Under the pieces are notes generated by a model. The model was not told the DNA's origin and made no database searches. It saw only the letters and a program-made list of their open reading frames with translations. Of a stretch of DNA of 64,000 nt, positions 11,336 through 32,300 are shown one piece after another. Position numbers and translations under genes: made by a program. Within the stretch, counting starts at the first letter, position 1. Each line of letters opens with the position of its first letter. The stretch comes from the human T2T-CHM13v2.0 reference genome, Homo sapiens. The DNA is taken from the NCBI RefSeq assembly GCF_009914755.1, contig NC_060932.1. One strand, 5' to 3'.

Positions 11336-14300
11336 GATGCCTCTTGATAAACAGTATTATTTATGTCCTCAATTTCACTGGTCTCTATTACCAGTTAGGT
11401 CGGTTCTGGTAAAAGATCAATAAAATATGCTGTACCACAGTATCTGATGATGCAGCTGCAACAAAGTGACACAATGTCCTTTAAGCAAAATGACCCTGTT
11501 AACACCTTCTTCTCCAAATATTTCCTATCAAGCTCTTCAGTATTACAAGATCAGGATCCAGAAGCAGCGATTCCTGAGTCTCCACTAAAAAAGTCTGTTC
11601 CCATTCACACTGCCTTTTGCCCATACCATTTGGAGTTAAAAAATATCCTCCGCTATGAAATTAAACAAATTAACTGCTCAAAGGACCTCACTAATCTAAA
11701 TTACCATCATCCTTTGAAGCAAGAAGGGGAAGACCCCAAGTCCAATGCAGAAGAGTCATTTCAGTGTTTTATTGTTCTCTTGTCTTGGGCTGTAAGATCA
11801 GTAATCCTACTGAAATGAGAAGTGAAAATAGTGAATTTCCAAACTCAGGGTCCTCCTCTATGGGTTTCAGACATCAGTCGGTGTTTCTATCAAAACACTC
11901 TTGCAAACTTGCCCACTGGGAAGTTATCCCCAACTAAAATTACCCTTAGGCTTTCTCTCTTCTCTTAACCAATTCTACCGAATATACTTATAAGAGAAAG
12001 GTTTTATGCATACCTTGAAATTAGGCCTAATTCATAATTATGGTAGAATCCTAGTTCCTTTGAAGCAAATGTAGTTTTATTGACTTTAGAATAGCAGAAC
12101 TAAGGCAATGAAATGGCATTTCATGTTAAGATTGGTGGAATTGTAAGAGCATTAGACCACTAGATGATATAAAAGTGATAAAAAGTCAAACCTCTGCTTC
12201 AAATAGGCATGCTGAGTTACCCGGAAAATACAATAAGCCTCAGTACCTTCATCTATATGTAGAAATTCTCTTGCTATATCTTTTTGTCAGTCACATAGGA
12301 CTAAAGTGGGTGTATAAGGATAAAAGAGACTATCAAGGAGCATGCTTGAATGAGGCAGATTTCTGAATACTGATCCAAGGCTGGCATTTCAGCAAACTTC
12401 CCTCTGAGTTGCAGATGCAAGCTGTGAGACATTGCTGAATTGCCAAGAACAAAGAGGAAGTTTTCAGAAATTGTGTGGAGCAGAAAAGGAAAAAATAATG
12501 TGAAGGATGACACTAGAGAGGGCCCTTTAGAGACAAAAAAGAAAGATACATAATGGGGAATTAAATTATGTTTCTGTGAGTGTGGTTTTAAAGAGAATTT
12601 TCTCCTTACTACATCTTAAACAAAACAATCTATTGCTGTGGGTGGGTTATGAATGTTCATTTATTTTGTCTTTGTGATAGTGAGACAATTGGTGACTCAA
12701 CATAAACAGATCAACCAAAAAGACCTACACATGTGCATACCACAGTATAGATGGAAAGTGCATTAAAGTGGGTGGGAGGCAGGAACTGAGAGTTCTAGTT
12801 CACATTTTAAAAACTGGGCATAGTCAATGACTCTAGGTCATGGTTTTCCTTTTCATATCATGGGATCTGCTTCTTTAATATGCAGACATCTTCTGATCCA
12901 AAGTAAATGTTTTGGAAAAAGCCTTGAGAAGGAAATAGTAATATTAGCATAAGAATTAGACCCAGAACATATGATAGCACCCAGTTTACTGGCAATCACA
13001 GCCTCATCCTAAAGATGGCCTGTTCTAATGAAAATCTGAAAATTCCCTGAGTCATGCAGGTTGTACAGTTGCCAAAACAACTTTTCAGAAAGAGTAGCCA
13101 TGGAAACAGCACACCAGATTGTCTCAAGGGGTGTATAAAAACATCTAAAAACTGACAGTCAGAAAGAGCACTTTGCAAACACTGGGAGAGGTAAGAGGCT
13201 ATACTCGCGGGGAAAACAAAGGCCTTTTAACTGTTACTGCTGCTCTGAAAGGTGTAAACATACGGTCTAAAGGCAAGAATCCTGAGCCCAGAGCAGGCTC
13301 TGTGGTGACTAACTTCCCAGCTGACATCTGCTAAGTAAAGATCTGATGGCAGAAAATCTTTAGCCTGAGTTTATCAACAGTAACATCTCAGAGAGCTTCC
13401 ATGATATGCAATGCTCTACTGCCGTTAAATCTGTGATTTGATGGTTAATCTCTTCATCCATTAAGCCCCCAGGAAAGTATACCTCTGCACAGAATGAAGG
13501 AAACTGTTCCTAGAACTCTCATTGACATAAGTGAAACCACACTGTTCTCCTTATTACACAGTTACTGAAATCAAAAGAAGTTTATGCATATGTTTATTTG
13601 CTTTAATTACATAGGTAACACATGGATTAATTCTTGTGAAAACATTTAAACTATACAGAGTTCAGGGCAAATAGTTCCCTTCTCACCTCGTAATCCCCTT
13701 GCCCTGTAAGAGGCAAACTTGGTTACCAGTTTTGTGCACAACATTTTAGTCCTTTCTCTACATGTTTCTACAGTTTGTGTTTGGTTTGAGGTTTACTATT
13801 TAATACATGGGTATGTTTTCACCTTCAATATACTTTTTCTCCAACTTAAGTGTATATTTTGAATGTCTTTCCACTTGTGTCCATCTACCTTCAGATATAT
13901 TGTTCTAAAATTTGCATCAAAACATGTAACAGTTTCCTGAGAAAAAGTACTTTCCTTTCCTAAGCACAGATCCAGAAATAGCCAGGAATAGGAGAGAGAA
14001 GAGGCTTTAACATAAAAACAATTCATATTCCATCTCTGCTAGTTAATATTTAGTTGAATTTGGGCAAATTACATATACTTTATAGACCTTAATTTCTGTT
14101 TAAGAAGAAGGACAGATAATAAATTTACAATGAATAAGAATAACATAGAACCTCATCCACCATATTGTCTGGCACAAAATATGTTCAGAGTATATGTTAG
14201 TTGTCTTTGCTTTGTAAAAATTTATACGAGGGAATAATATTCTAAAATAGATAGGTACAAGAGTTGGTGATAGTTGGCACATAGTTGGTGTTCAACACAT

Positions 14301-14849
14301 TTTGTTATGGAATAAATGAATGAAGGTGTAGCTCCTGTGTAGCAGATACATGGATCTTCAGAATCATATCAATTCTGATTCTATTGTAATTGTCTTACAT
14401 CCATTGGATGGGAGTTCTTTGAGAAAAGGACACAGATTAGACTTAACCCTGTAACCTAGATTATGGAAAACCTTGGTCACAGTTTCATATGATCAACACA
14501 CAAAATACTTTTCAAACAAATAAATGATATATTGTCTCCCAACTGAAGCACTTATTTGACCACAACGAAGAGGTTTCCACTTTTTCCCATCCTTCATTTG
14601 CCATTTTTGTTATTGTCTTATCAATCTGATTAAATTATATCTCACTAAATGGAAGAATTCCAGGCCCATATCAGAAGGGCAATAAAAATTTGTTGAACAA
14701 ATTGTAGCCCTATTGGAAACCCAGGTTTTCAGCCTTTGGGAAGGATAGTATTAAAATTAAAAATAAATTCAACATTGACAGCCATGCGTCTCATCTTTTC
14801 TCAAAATCTTATACTCACAGCACATGCTATTTCTCTGTTCCATTCCAGG

Positions 14850-15535
14850 TAGTTCTTTACCACCACTCTGCTTCTGCTCTTTCTCTTCTTCCTTACATAC
14901 ATTGCCTCCTGAATTGCTCCATGACTTAAAAAGAACAATATCTACTATCTAGAAGACATAAAACAATGTATAATTTGGATATTAATGGCACAACCACTTC
15001 CTTCTAGAAATTAAGGGTCCCCACAGCATACTGGTTAACATATCACTGTCCTACTATTTCATGCATATAACCTGACTCCTGTCTATCTGTCCAAAGTCAT
15101 TTCAATCCATCTTTTCCTTTATGCACTAGCCTTGCTCCAATCTGACCTTCTTGCTATTTCTCAAACTCTTGTATACTTTGAGGCCTTTGCATGTGTAGTT
15201 TCCTCTGCTGGAATGCCCCTATTTCTCCTTAATATAGGCTCCTGGGCATCATTCAGGCCTCAGCATAAATGTCATATCCTCTGAAAATACTACCACCCTA
15301 TCAAAGTTCTACACTCCCATTATCTCTAATCCTACTTTCTTTGTTGTTTTTTTAAACTACAGATGACAGTTTAATTTTTTTTGTTTATTCATTTATTGTT
15401 TGCCTCCTTCATTAATGTTTCAGCTTCCCAAAAGCATGTCCTATGTCTGTTTCCTTTAATATTTGAATATATAGCAACTAGTCTGAGTTTTGGCATAAAG
15501 TTGGTACTCATATTGTTGAATGAATAAGTCAATAA
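14850..15535 (+). mobile_element. L2a 3' region
   Basis: aggcctttgcatgtg...tcctctgctggaatgcc...ttggcataaagttggtactca...ttgttgaatgaataa. Confidence 0.75.
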
Positions 15536-16987
15536 AGAAAGACGGAATGTTCTATTAACTTTTCTGGATTTAAATTTACAGTTTCTTGGATACAACATTT
15601 AACAGAGATTTTAGTTTCTAGTGATCATAATTGAGATTTGGCTGCTTTGAATCCTTGTATATTATGTTTTACAATAACAAAACATTCATTTATTTCCCAT
15701 TTTTTCAAGTAAGCAGAGTGTTACTCTCTATTGATAAGGGAAGGTGTTTACATTTAACCAAAGGTGTTAACAGTATGTGGTCAGTTATCAGAACCTGCTA
15801 AAAAAAACTAATGTGTAAGAAACGCTAAATAATTTTTCCAAGCCAACAATTTTATTATTAGGCACACTATCTTTCCATGCTAGATATGTAGCAATTCCAG
15901 TATTTGGTATCATTTTAAAGAGATAGCTGATATTTTATTTCTGGCATTAAAGCAGAACCTTGCAAAATACGGAACTGACACAATCAATATTTTAAATGCA
16001 CGCACTCAGAATAACAAGGCCTCATTTATATTCACTTCTCCAAAGTTTCGGTAAAGCAGAAAATAATAAGTATTAATGAGAGCTTATTAAAGGTACAACA
16101 TTAAATTATCATGGGTAAAGGATTAGATTCTATTTCTTCAAAGTTTCTTTCTTCTTGCCAAGAGCTCCTAATTACTTTGAGTTCAAAAACCATTCCATCT
16201 GCATCAACATTTCCCTGATGGTATTCCTATTTTCAACATACGATTTGAAATTACTTATTAAGAAGTTGTTTAGAGAAGTAAAATGCAATCTCTATCACAG
16301 TATAAGTAAACATCTCTTAAGAATTTTTAGTCACTGAAAATTTTTTTAAAACCATAGGTTTGTAAGAATGCAATATGATTACTACATATCAGCATAAGAA
16401 TGTATTCTGCAATCAAAAAGAGGAGTGTTCCTGATTAGCAGAAAACTTTACTGATATACCCAACCTTCTGCTCATTATCCCCAGAACTTGAAACCGGAAT
16501 GCCACCGGATCCATTTGGGAAAGTATTTTACTGAGGAAAGGGAAACAGGATGCTACCAAACTGCTAGAGAGAACAATTGTTAGGATAATAATAATAATAA
16601 TACTTCTCAGTGCATGCAGTGTGCTAACTAATTTACATGCTTTGTTTAACTTAATCCTCACCACAGTAGGAACAATTATTATGCCAATCTATGACCAAGA
16701 CAACGAAGGCCATGTGTGGCCAATATGTGCCTCTCAATATTTGCCAGTCAAGTCAGTAGTTTACTGTATCCACCTGTAGCCTTGCCTGGCAGATATTGAG
16801 AGGCAAGCATTGGCCACGCATGGAAGTGGGGTGAGGGAAGTGTCTGGGAGAAAAAGAAGCTGTCTCAAATCTCCCTTACTCTGCTGAGGAAGACAGGACT
16901 CATGAGGCCATGCCACAGGAAGGAGGGAGCAGTTCCAAAGACATGTGGTCTTTTAGATGAGAAGACAAATGAAAGTACTTGAGGAAT

Positions 16988-17468
16988 TGTAGCAGGAGGA
17001 GCCACAGACAAAACCTCCCAGACACCAAGTTGTAGAAGGAGGGCTTTATTCAGCTGGGAGCATCGGCAAGCTACTGCCTTAAAATCCGAGCTCCCTGAGT
17101 GCACAATCTCTGTCCCTTTTAAGGGCTCACAACACTAAAGATTTCACATGAAAGGGTCGTGATTGATTTGAGCAAGCAGGGGGGACGTGACAGGGGCTGC
17201 ATGCACCGGTGGTCAGAGAGAGACAGAACAGAGCAGGGAGTTTCACAATGTTCTTCTATACAATGTCTGGAATCTATGAATAACATTGGTTTCTAAGTCA
17301 TGAGTTGATTTTTAACTACTGGGTTTAGGCCAGGCAGGCCCAGGCCTGCTTTCGGGCCTGGCGCCGGGCTGCCTGTCTTTGGTTTTACTTCCTTGTTGTT
17401 TTTTCTTGAAACAGGTACTGAGTATAAAACAATATAAAATAATATGAGAGGGTCTTTCTCTTCCTTCA
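16988..17468 (-). mobile_element. LTR2B-like (HERV-E/Harlequin, ERV1) solo LTR
   Basis: TG...CA termini (tgtagcagg...cttccttca); antisense AATAAA (gctttattc at ~17044); exact 4-bp TSD gaat/gaat. Confidence 0.88.
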
Positions 17469-17620
17469 GAATAGGAGAAAGATGGTGGACCCCTTGATAT
17501 TGAGAAAGGTATCCCACCTGAATGTTTAGTATGTGGAAATAGAAGGGGCAGATGAAAAACAAAAAGGGAAGGGCGATTTATACCGTCATCTCGCAATATT
17601 GGAAATCAACAGATATCATC

Positions 17621-18040
17621 TGTCTTAGTTTCTTAGGGCTGCCATAACAGAGGCCACAGGCTAGGTGGCTTAAACAGCTGGAATATATTGTTTCACAGTT
17701 CTGGACACTAGAAGTCTGAAATCAATGTGCTGGCAGGGTTGGTTTCTTTGGAGGGCTATGAGAAAATGATCAGTTCTGGGCTACTCTCCATGGCTTGTAG
17801 ATGGGCATCTTCTCCCCATGTCTTCACATCATCTTCCCTCTGTACAAGACTGTACAAGACAAATGTCCCCTTCTTATAAGGATAGAGATACATTGGATCA
17901 GGGCCCACCCTAAAAATATCACTTTACACTTGATTACCTGTGTAAAGACCTCAAATACAGTCACATTCTGAGGTTCTAGGGGTTAGGAGGACTTCAATAT
18001 ATAAATTTGGTGGCAGGGGGATACAATTCAACCCACAACA
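17621..18040 (-). mobile_element. MLT1B-like MaLR LTR
   Basis: tgtcttagtttcttagggctgccataaca...caattcaacccacaaca. Confidence 0.85.
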
Positions 18041-18694
18041 TTATTTGTAATTGAAGGAACAAAAAATAAAGGTGATAAGTATATATTTTTGTAATTGCAA
18101 AAGCAACTGAAAACAGTCATGTAAGTGTACTCGGAAGATGACTGGGGAGCGTATAAGTGAGTCTTCTGTGATAGAGTAGGATCTAACAGCAGACAGTCAA
18201 GAGACAACACCTGAAATTGACATATTCAAAAAAGTTTATTATTTAGAGATAAGTGGCATCCTCCAGAAAATAAAAAGCTCATTTAAAATTAAAAGCAGTG
18301 TTCTTAGACTTCTTATACCTTAGGGAAGGTACAAATGGGTGGGAGATCCAGAGGCTTTTAGCTTTTAGCTGTAAGCACTGCTGAACTATTTAACTTGAAA
18401 ATTTTAAGTAATAACTTAAAATAACCAAATATGGTAATTGATTGAACATTAACTTAGTTGATGACCTGGCCCTGGCCCAGAATTGAGAATCAAGTATGAA
18501 TGCAAATATTGGATAATCCTTTACAGAAAAGACATTTTGGCAAATGGTTTCCATTCAGGGAATATTGTAATAGAAAAAGAGGAGGGCTGGGGAGAAAAAA
18601 TTCCTAGGGCTGCATTCAAACATTATAAACATAGCACTGAAGGAAAAAATTTAAGAGTTTTTTTTTTAAGTTTACATTAAGCATTGAAAATTGT

Positions 18695-19135
18695 GTAGCA
18701 AAGATATCGAATTAACCTAGGTGCCCATCAATGGTGGATTGGATGAAGAAAGTGTGGAATTTTTACACCGTGGAATACTACACAAGTATAAAAAAGGAGG
18801 AACTCATCCCCTTCAGAAACATGGAAGCAGCTGGAGGCATTATCCTAAGTGAATTAACAAAGGAACAGAAAACCAAATACCATGTTTTCACTTATAGGTG
18901 GGAGCTAAACATTGAGCATGTATGGACATAAAGATGGAAAAAATTGAACACTGGGGACTACAGAGCAGGGAAGGAAGGAAGAAAGGGCTGAAAAACTACC
19001 TTTTGGGTACTATGCTCACTACCTGGGTAATGATATCAATTTGGCACCCCAAACCTCAGTGCCACACAATATACCCATGTAACAAACCTGCACTTTTTAT
19101 TTTTCAAAATAAAAATTGGAAAAAAAAAAAGAAGA
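18695..19135 (+). mobile_element. L1PA15/16-like 3' end
   Basis: cctaggtgcccatcaatggtggattgg...tatgctcactacctggg...A-tail. Confidence 0.85.
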
Positions 19136-20071
19136 GGAAGTTATGGATGTAAACTGTTACGGCCTATACTCATATCCACTGTGAACTTTCCTCTCATCCA
19201 AAGAGCTCAGTCAAGCCTTTCCAGATTATTCAGATGATTAGGGTTCCTTGGGTCTGACAAAGGTCATTTTTTATTTGTGTCTTTACTTACAGAGTAGAGA
19301 GATCTTGAGAACGGCCAGCAGCCTCTTGCAGGTCTTTGCAACCTTTTCACTTCGAAGTATATTTGTAAAAGCCTGATTTTGCTACTACAAATCTGGGAGA
19401 CTTGGAGAAAGGGAGAGGTAAAGCCCTCCCTTTCCTGCTGAGAATGATTCTATAGGAAAGCGACTGGGGACAGACTATACTGGCATGTCCATGCCTCTGC
19501 CCAACCTCTTTCCTTGTCTTGGATGCTCTTTGATTGCTGGAGGAACCTCCTTTAGACTGAGCTCACTGCCATGGAGCTTTCCCCAGACCCCAGCCGAGCT
19601 AAGGGCTGTGGTCCTTTTGCCCACTGTGCACACATGCATCCTAACCCTTTTTATTTTGTATTCTTACTCTCATCCTCACCATCAACAACCACCATGAGAT
19701 TTTGAGTTGCTTGAATAGCATTCAGGAAAAGTTTGTTGAATGGAAGTTTAGCAGTAGTAGGTCTTTGAAAATAAAAACTTGACTAGAATGACAAAAGGAA
19801 TGGCAAGTTCTAGAAACAGATATATGAGACCCAGCACTAGTGGTTTCTATCTTGATTCTAAAGTGAATTCTGAGAAGCATTCTGATTGGAAATATAAGAG
19901 AAAAAAGATAAAATAGGGGAGGCAGATGTTCAGAGTTATAGATAGGAGTCTTTCTTGATTTAGTGACTGAGTAGAAAATAATAATGGTTAAGTCTTACTG
20001 TACTATGTGTGAAGTTATTTAATAATCACTATAACTTATGCTGTCAGTACTATAATTGTTGTCAGCATATT

Positions 20072-20535
20072 TTCTTTTACAATTATTTTTATTTCAACTT
20101 TTATTTTAGGTCCAGGGGTTACACGTGCAGATTTGTTACAGGGGTATATTGCAAGATGCTGAGGTTTGGGATACAACTGATCCCATCACTCAAGTAGTGA
20201 GCACAGTACATATTAGTTTTTCAACCCTTGACCCCTCCTTCCCTCTCCCCTCTTGTAGCCTCCAGTGTCCATTATTTGCATCTTTTGTGTCCATGTGTGG
20301 CCAAGGTTTAATTCCCACTTATAAGTGAACATGTGTTATTGGAATTTCTGTTTCTGTATTAAGTTGCTTAGGATAACGGCCTCCAGATGCACCCAAGTTG
20401 CTGCAAAGGGCATTGTTGCACTTTATGCTATACTGTACTATTGGCTGTGTAGGATTCCATAGTGTATATGTACCATATTTTCCTTATCCAATCAACCATT
20501 GATAGGCAGCCAGGTTGACTCCATGACTTTGCTCT
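20072..20535 (-). mobile_element. L1PA15/16-like 3' end inserted in an antisense MIR (~19975-20650)
   Basis: ttttatttcaacttttattttag...gatgctgaggtttgggata; approximate TSD tgtcagcatatttt / tatcaacatttt; MIR resumes ggtaacttgccca. Confidence 0.82.
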
Positions 20536-20916
20536 TGGCTATCAACATTTTATAAAGGAGGAAAGGACAGGTAACTTGCCCATGCAACCACAGTTAGTGT
20601 GCAGTAGGGCCAGGAATCAAACCCTGGGAGGCTGACATCACCACAGAACTAGCAGTCACCATATTATATGCTATGTTAGATTTAAGGAAGAGACTGAGAG
20701 ACGAAAGAAGGATAATTTTCTTGTTTTTAGTATGAGTAAATAGGGAGTGCTTTTATTCAACTGAGAAGAAATTTACTTTCATTTTGTCTTGCCTCTCATT
20801 GTTCGTGGTGGGACAGAAGGACCCAAGAGATGAAGTAACTTGCCTGAGGTCACATAAGGAGGTTTCACTGTGTAATAAATAGCAGAATTTTCATCAGTAT
20901 GCCAGTTGTCTGCAAC

Positions 20917-21535
20917 CTATGTTCATTGCAGTACTATTCACACTAGCTGAGGTATGAAATCAGCCTAAGCACTCAGCAACAGATGAATGGAAAAGAATGG
21001 CATATATACACAATGGAATATTATTCAGCCATAAAAAAGAATGAACTCCCGTCACTTGTGGCAAAATGGGTGAGCCTGCAGCACATTATGTTAAGTGAAA
21101 TAAGCCAGATACAGAAAAATAAATACAGCATGTTCTCATTCATATGTGGGAAGTAAAAAAGTTGATCTGATAGAAGTAGAAAGTAGAATAGTGGTTACCA
21201 GAGAAGGGTAAGAAGGCATATAAAGAGGTTGGTTAATAAGTAGAAAATTATAGTTGTATAGAAGGAATAATTCTAGTATTCAATAGCACAGTAGGGATTA
21301 TAGTTAAAAAAATGTATTCTCTATTTCAATAGCTAGAAGAAATTATTTTGATGTTCCCAACACAAAGAAATGATAAATGTTTGAGGTAATTGATAGGCCA
21401 ATGATAAATGTTTGAGGTAATGGGTATGCCCTGATTTGATCATTATACATTGTATATCTGCATCAAAAGAACACATATACCCCATAAATATGCATAACTA
21501 TGTATCAGATAAACATTTAAAAATTAAAAATAGAA
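20917..21535 (+). mobile_element. L1MA 3' end with an internal ~31-bp tandem duplication (~21369-21430)
   Basis: atgttcattgcag...gaaataagccag...atgataaatgtttgaggtaat present twice...A-rich end. Confidence 0.85.
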
Positions 21536-21694
21536 AAAGGCAGAGATTTCAGCTCATGAGAACAAATTTAAGGCTTAGCTCTATCTATGTACTAGCCTGA
21601 AGCTATTTCTTACCTTCGTATCTCAGCTATGGTCATGTGAGAATTGAAATTCTGATATCTACTTCTAGAAGAGAATTTATAGAAGAGAAGGTGA

Positions 21695-21820
21695 GAGTAC
21701 AGTTTAAGCTTCAGGGTTCCTCACTTGCATAGGCCCCCTGCAAAGCTCTATACCTAATTTTCTATTCATAATTTTATCATTTTTCCCCAGAAGGTCCCAG
21801 AGATGTATAAGCTTCACGGA
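21695..21820. mobile_element. MER91-like hAT-Tip100 MITE
   Basis: aagcttcagggttcctcacttgcataggcccc...tatacctaatttt...gtataagcttca. Confidence 0.55.
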
Positions 21821-22503
21821 AAGATGAGGTGTGCCTTGGATCTATTTCACTTTAGTATTTACAATGGCTTTGTTTATAAACCTGGGGCTAAAATCAAGGT
21901 TTCCTGACATCTAAGCCAGAGTTCTCTCCCCTTCACAACAACGAATGCTTTTTTCCTTCCATTTCCAAATTCCTGGACCTTTTCTCATTATCTCTTCCTT
22001 TTCATCCCTGTCTATCATTGATGTCCAGACACCCCCAACACCCTCACTGGTAGTGCTGTAAGACTTTAAAATGTATCCTCTCACCCTACTCACCTCTGAA
22101 AATAACTACAGGTAGAATCAAAATACCATTCTCTTGGTTACATTTTCTTAATTTTAAATGTTTTTATAAACAAACAAGTGAAGGACAAGTAAATGCTGCA
22201 AAGTTGTAACTCTCATCTTTCCAGAGGGCATTTGCATTCTAAGAGAGTCTATTTATTAAGGCAAAGGAAGGAAAGAACAAAGTAGAACTTGCTCCTGTTG
22301 GGCTGGCTCCTGACTTCTTGGAAAAGTGGGTTCTACTATGATCCTATTTGGAATCCTGAGGGTGGTAGTCCAGCCCCATGAAGGTTGGTAGAAAGAACTT
22401 GAGGAAGCGAGATTGTGGTACCTAAAACTGATTTTCTCCAAAAATCTCAATCTTGAAAAAATGTTTAATCAAGATTGTTAAAATGAAAAATGAAATTACA
22501 GAC

Positions 22504-23780
<1,277 letters not shown>

Positions 23781-23794
23781 TCCTTATTTTTTAA

Positions 23795-23950
23795 AATTCA
23801 TTTTTAATTAATTGTTTTTAAAAATTCAACTTTAAGTTCTGGGATACATGTGCTGAATGTGCAGGTTTGTTACATAGGTATACATGTGCCATGGTGGTTT
23901 GCTGCACCCATCAACCTCTCATCTAGGTTTTAAGTTCCATGTGCATTAGG
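23795..23950 (-). mobile_element. L1PA8-like 3' terminal fragment
   Basis: ctttaagttctgggatacatgtgc...catctaggttttaag...tgcattagg. Confidence 0.85.
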
Positions 23951-24106
23951 CACATGCCACCATGTCTGGCTAATTTTGATATTTTTAGTAGAGACGGGGT
24001 TTTGCCATGTTGGCCAGGCCAGTCTTGAACTCCTGGCCTCAAGTGATCCACCCAGCTTGCCCTCCCAAAATGCTGAGATTACAGGTGTGAGCCACCAGGC
24101 CTGGAC
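23948..24106 (-). mobile_element. AluS left arm only (3'-truncated)
   Basis: aggcacatgccaccatg...tttttagtagagac...gagccaccaggcctggac, fused directly to the L1 fragment. Confidence 0.88.
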
Positions 24107-24135
24107 TATCTTCTTATTACTAAAGAAGAAAATAA

Positions 24136-24431
24136 GGTCAGGCACAGTTGCTCACACCTTCAATCCCAGCATTTTGGGAGGTCGAGGTGGGCAGATGGCT
24201 TGAGCTCAGGAGTTCAAGACCAGCCTGGGCAACATGGCAAAACCCCATCTCTACAAAAAATACAAAAATTAGCTCAGCATAGTGGCACAAGCCTGTAGTC
24301 CCAGTTACCTGGGAGGCTGTGGTGGGAAGATCGCTTGAGCTCAGGAGGCGGAGGTTGCAGTGATCCAAGATCATGCCATGGCACTTCAGCCTGGGTGACA
24401 GAGTGAGACCTTGTCAAAAAAAAAAAAAAAG
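24136..24431 (+). mobile_element. AluJb/Sz-like element
   Basis: Full dimer (ggcttgagctcaggagttc) with an A-tail. Confidence 0.93.
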
Positions 24432-24543
24432 AAGAAGAAAGAAAGAGAAAGAGAGACAGAGAAGAAAGAAAGAAAGAAAGAAAAAGAAAGAAAGAGAGAG
24501 AGAGAGAGAGGGAGGGAGGGAGGGAAGGAAGGGAGAAAGGAAA
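24416..24543 (+). repeat. Polypurine tract: A-tail, (GAAA)n, (GA)n, (GGGA)n
   Basis: About 125 nt that are almost entirely A/G. Confidence 0.95.
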
Positions 24544-25359
24544 TTCCTTTTGAGTTTTAATCATCATCAAGGATGCTTTCTTGAATATAAATTTTTCACA
24601 GATAGTTAAAATCTCTTTTCCCATAATGCCAACACAGCACAAATAGTCTCAAAGTATCTTAATTATTTATATTAATTATTCAAATGTGTTTAGCTCCTAA
24701 ATAATAATTTACCAAGTATTAGAACAGTTGCTTTGGATTTTCTGCTGCATGTAAATTAGTTATGAATGACTTAATTCCAACTCATTTAACTTCAAGGTGA
24801 TACTCATAAAGAGTGTCGAGAAGTTTTAAGAAGAACAAAATTTAAGAAACATTCTTGCTGCAGAGAAGATGGGTGCCTAACTAAGAATAGCACCATGCAG
24901 ACTTAAAGTGGAGTGCTAATAAGAACCTGTGCTAGATGCTTGCTGGCTGTTTGATGCTCCAGAGCAAAAAAACATGTTATCATCAGAGATTCATCTTTGT
25001 TCTCACATCTTGGAGTACAAAGACCAAAATGGACCTATGGCCCTCACCTCTCATCAGTGACAACTTCAGGCCCTACTAACATGTGGGGAGGCAGAAAATT
25101 TTTGTGTATAGCCCAGTAGATTTTTTTGTTTCAGTTTCAGCCACAAGCCATCTGGCTGGGAGTCTGACCAGAATACAAAGAGAACCCTTTTTTGACCAAT
25201 CAAACTGTAATACACAAATGAACTCTGGCATTCAGAGATTTCACCTCAAGTCCTCAAATGGGGAAGTCATTACTCTTCTGAATCCCCACCCCTATTCCCA
25301 GAGGCATGTGACCTCAATCACAAAAGGTAAGACAGTCTCTCTCCTGTAATCCAGAACCA

Positions 25360-25885
25360 CCACCAACTAGACCAATATTTTTTTAAATGTAAATCTTATT
25401 CTATTACTGCTCTCCTTAAAAATCTACTTTGTGCTTAGAATAAAATTTAAACTCCTTCACTGTGTCATAAATCCCTTCCTTAATCAGGCATCTCCAATTC
25501 CAATTCCCACCTCTTCTCATCCCACTCACTTCCTTACTTATCATGTTCCAGCTTCATTAGCCTTCTTCTCTACTGTAGAATCAAGCTCTTTCCTTCCCAA
25601 GGGTCTTTGTATGGCCACATTCCTTGGTCTGGCATCTACTTTCCCCAGCTTTCCACAGTGCGGCCTGCTCTATCCAGCTTATCTGATCTATTCTCTGTGC
25701 CCCATCCCACTAGTCTCCTTATCGTCGTGGCACTTCCTTTCCTGGCATCCACCTCCTATTCCTCACAAACTAAAATTATTTTGTTTATTTGATTTGTTCA
25801 TTTTTATTGTCCAATCCCCTTTAGGGTTCTCATTAGCACAATGGAAGTGTTCAAAAGTTTTTGTTGAATGAATTAGTTAGTAAAC
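25360..25885 (+). mobile_element. L2 3' region
   Basis: cttagaataaaatttaaactcct...cccaagggtctttg...tttttgttgaatgaat. Confidence 0.75.
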
Positions 25886-25938
25886 AAAAGAACAATTGCA
25901 AATGGAGAGAAAAGAAAGTAGAGCTTCAGTGAGGGACG

Positions 25939-26012
25939 TGGGGAAAGTTAGCTTTATCCCAAGAAAACTGTAATATGGGGAAAGTTAGCATTATCTCAAG
26001 AAAACTGTAATA
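25939..26012. repeat. Tandem duplication, 2 x 37 bp
   Basis: tggggaaagttagctttatcccaagaaaactgtaata followed by a copy with 2 mismatches. Confidence 0.95.
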
Positions 26013-26068
26013 TTGACATGATGACAAAAAAATGCGTTATGAAATTAGAAAATAAATATACAGGACCA

Positions 26069-32300
<6,232 letters not shown>

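Noticed and set aside
11447-11818. 123-aa ORF in apparently unique sequence
   Set aside because: No recognisable domain, promoter or splice context. ORFs of this length arise by chance in 64 kb. Ribo-seq or PhyloCSF support would be needed.
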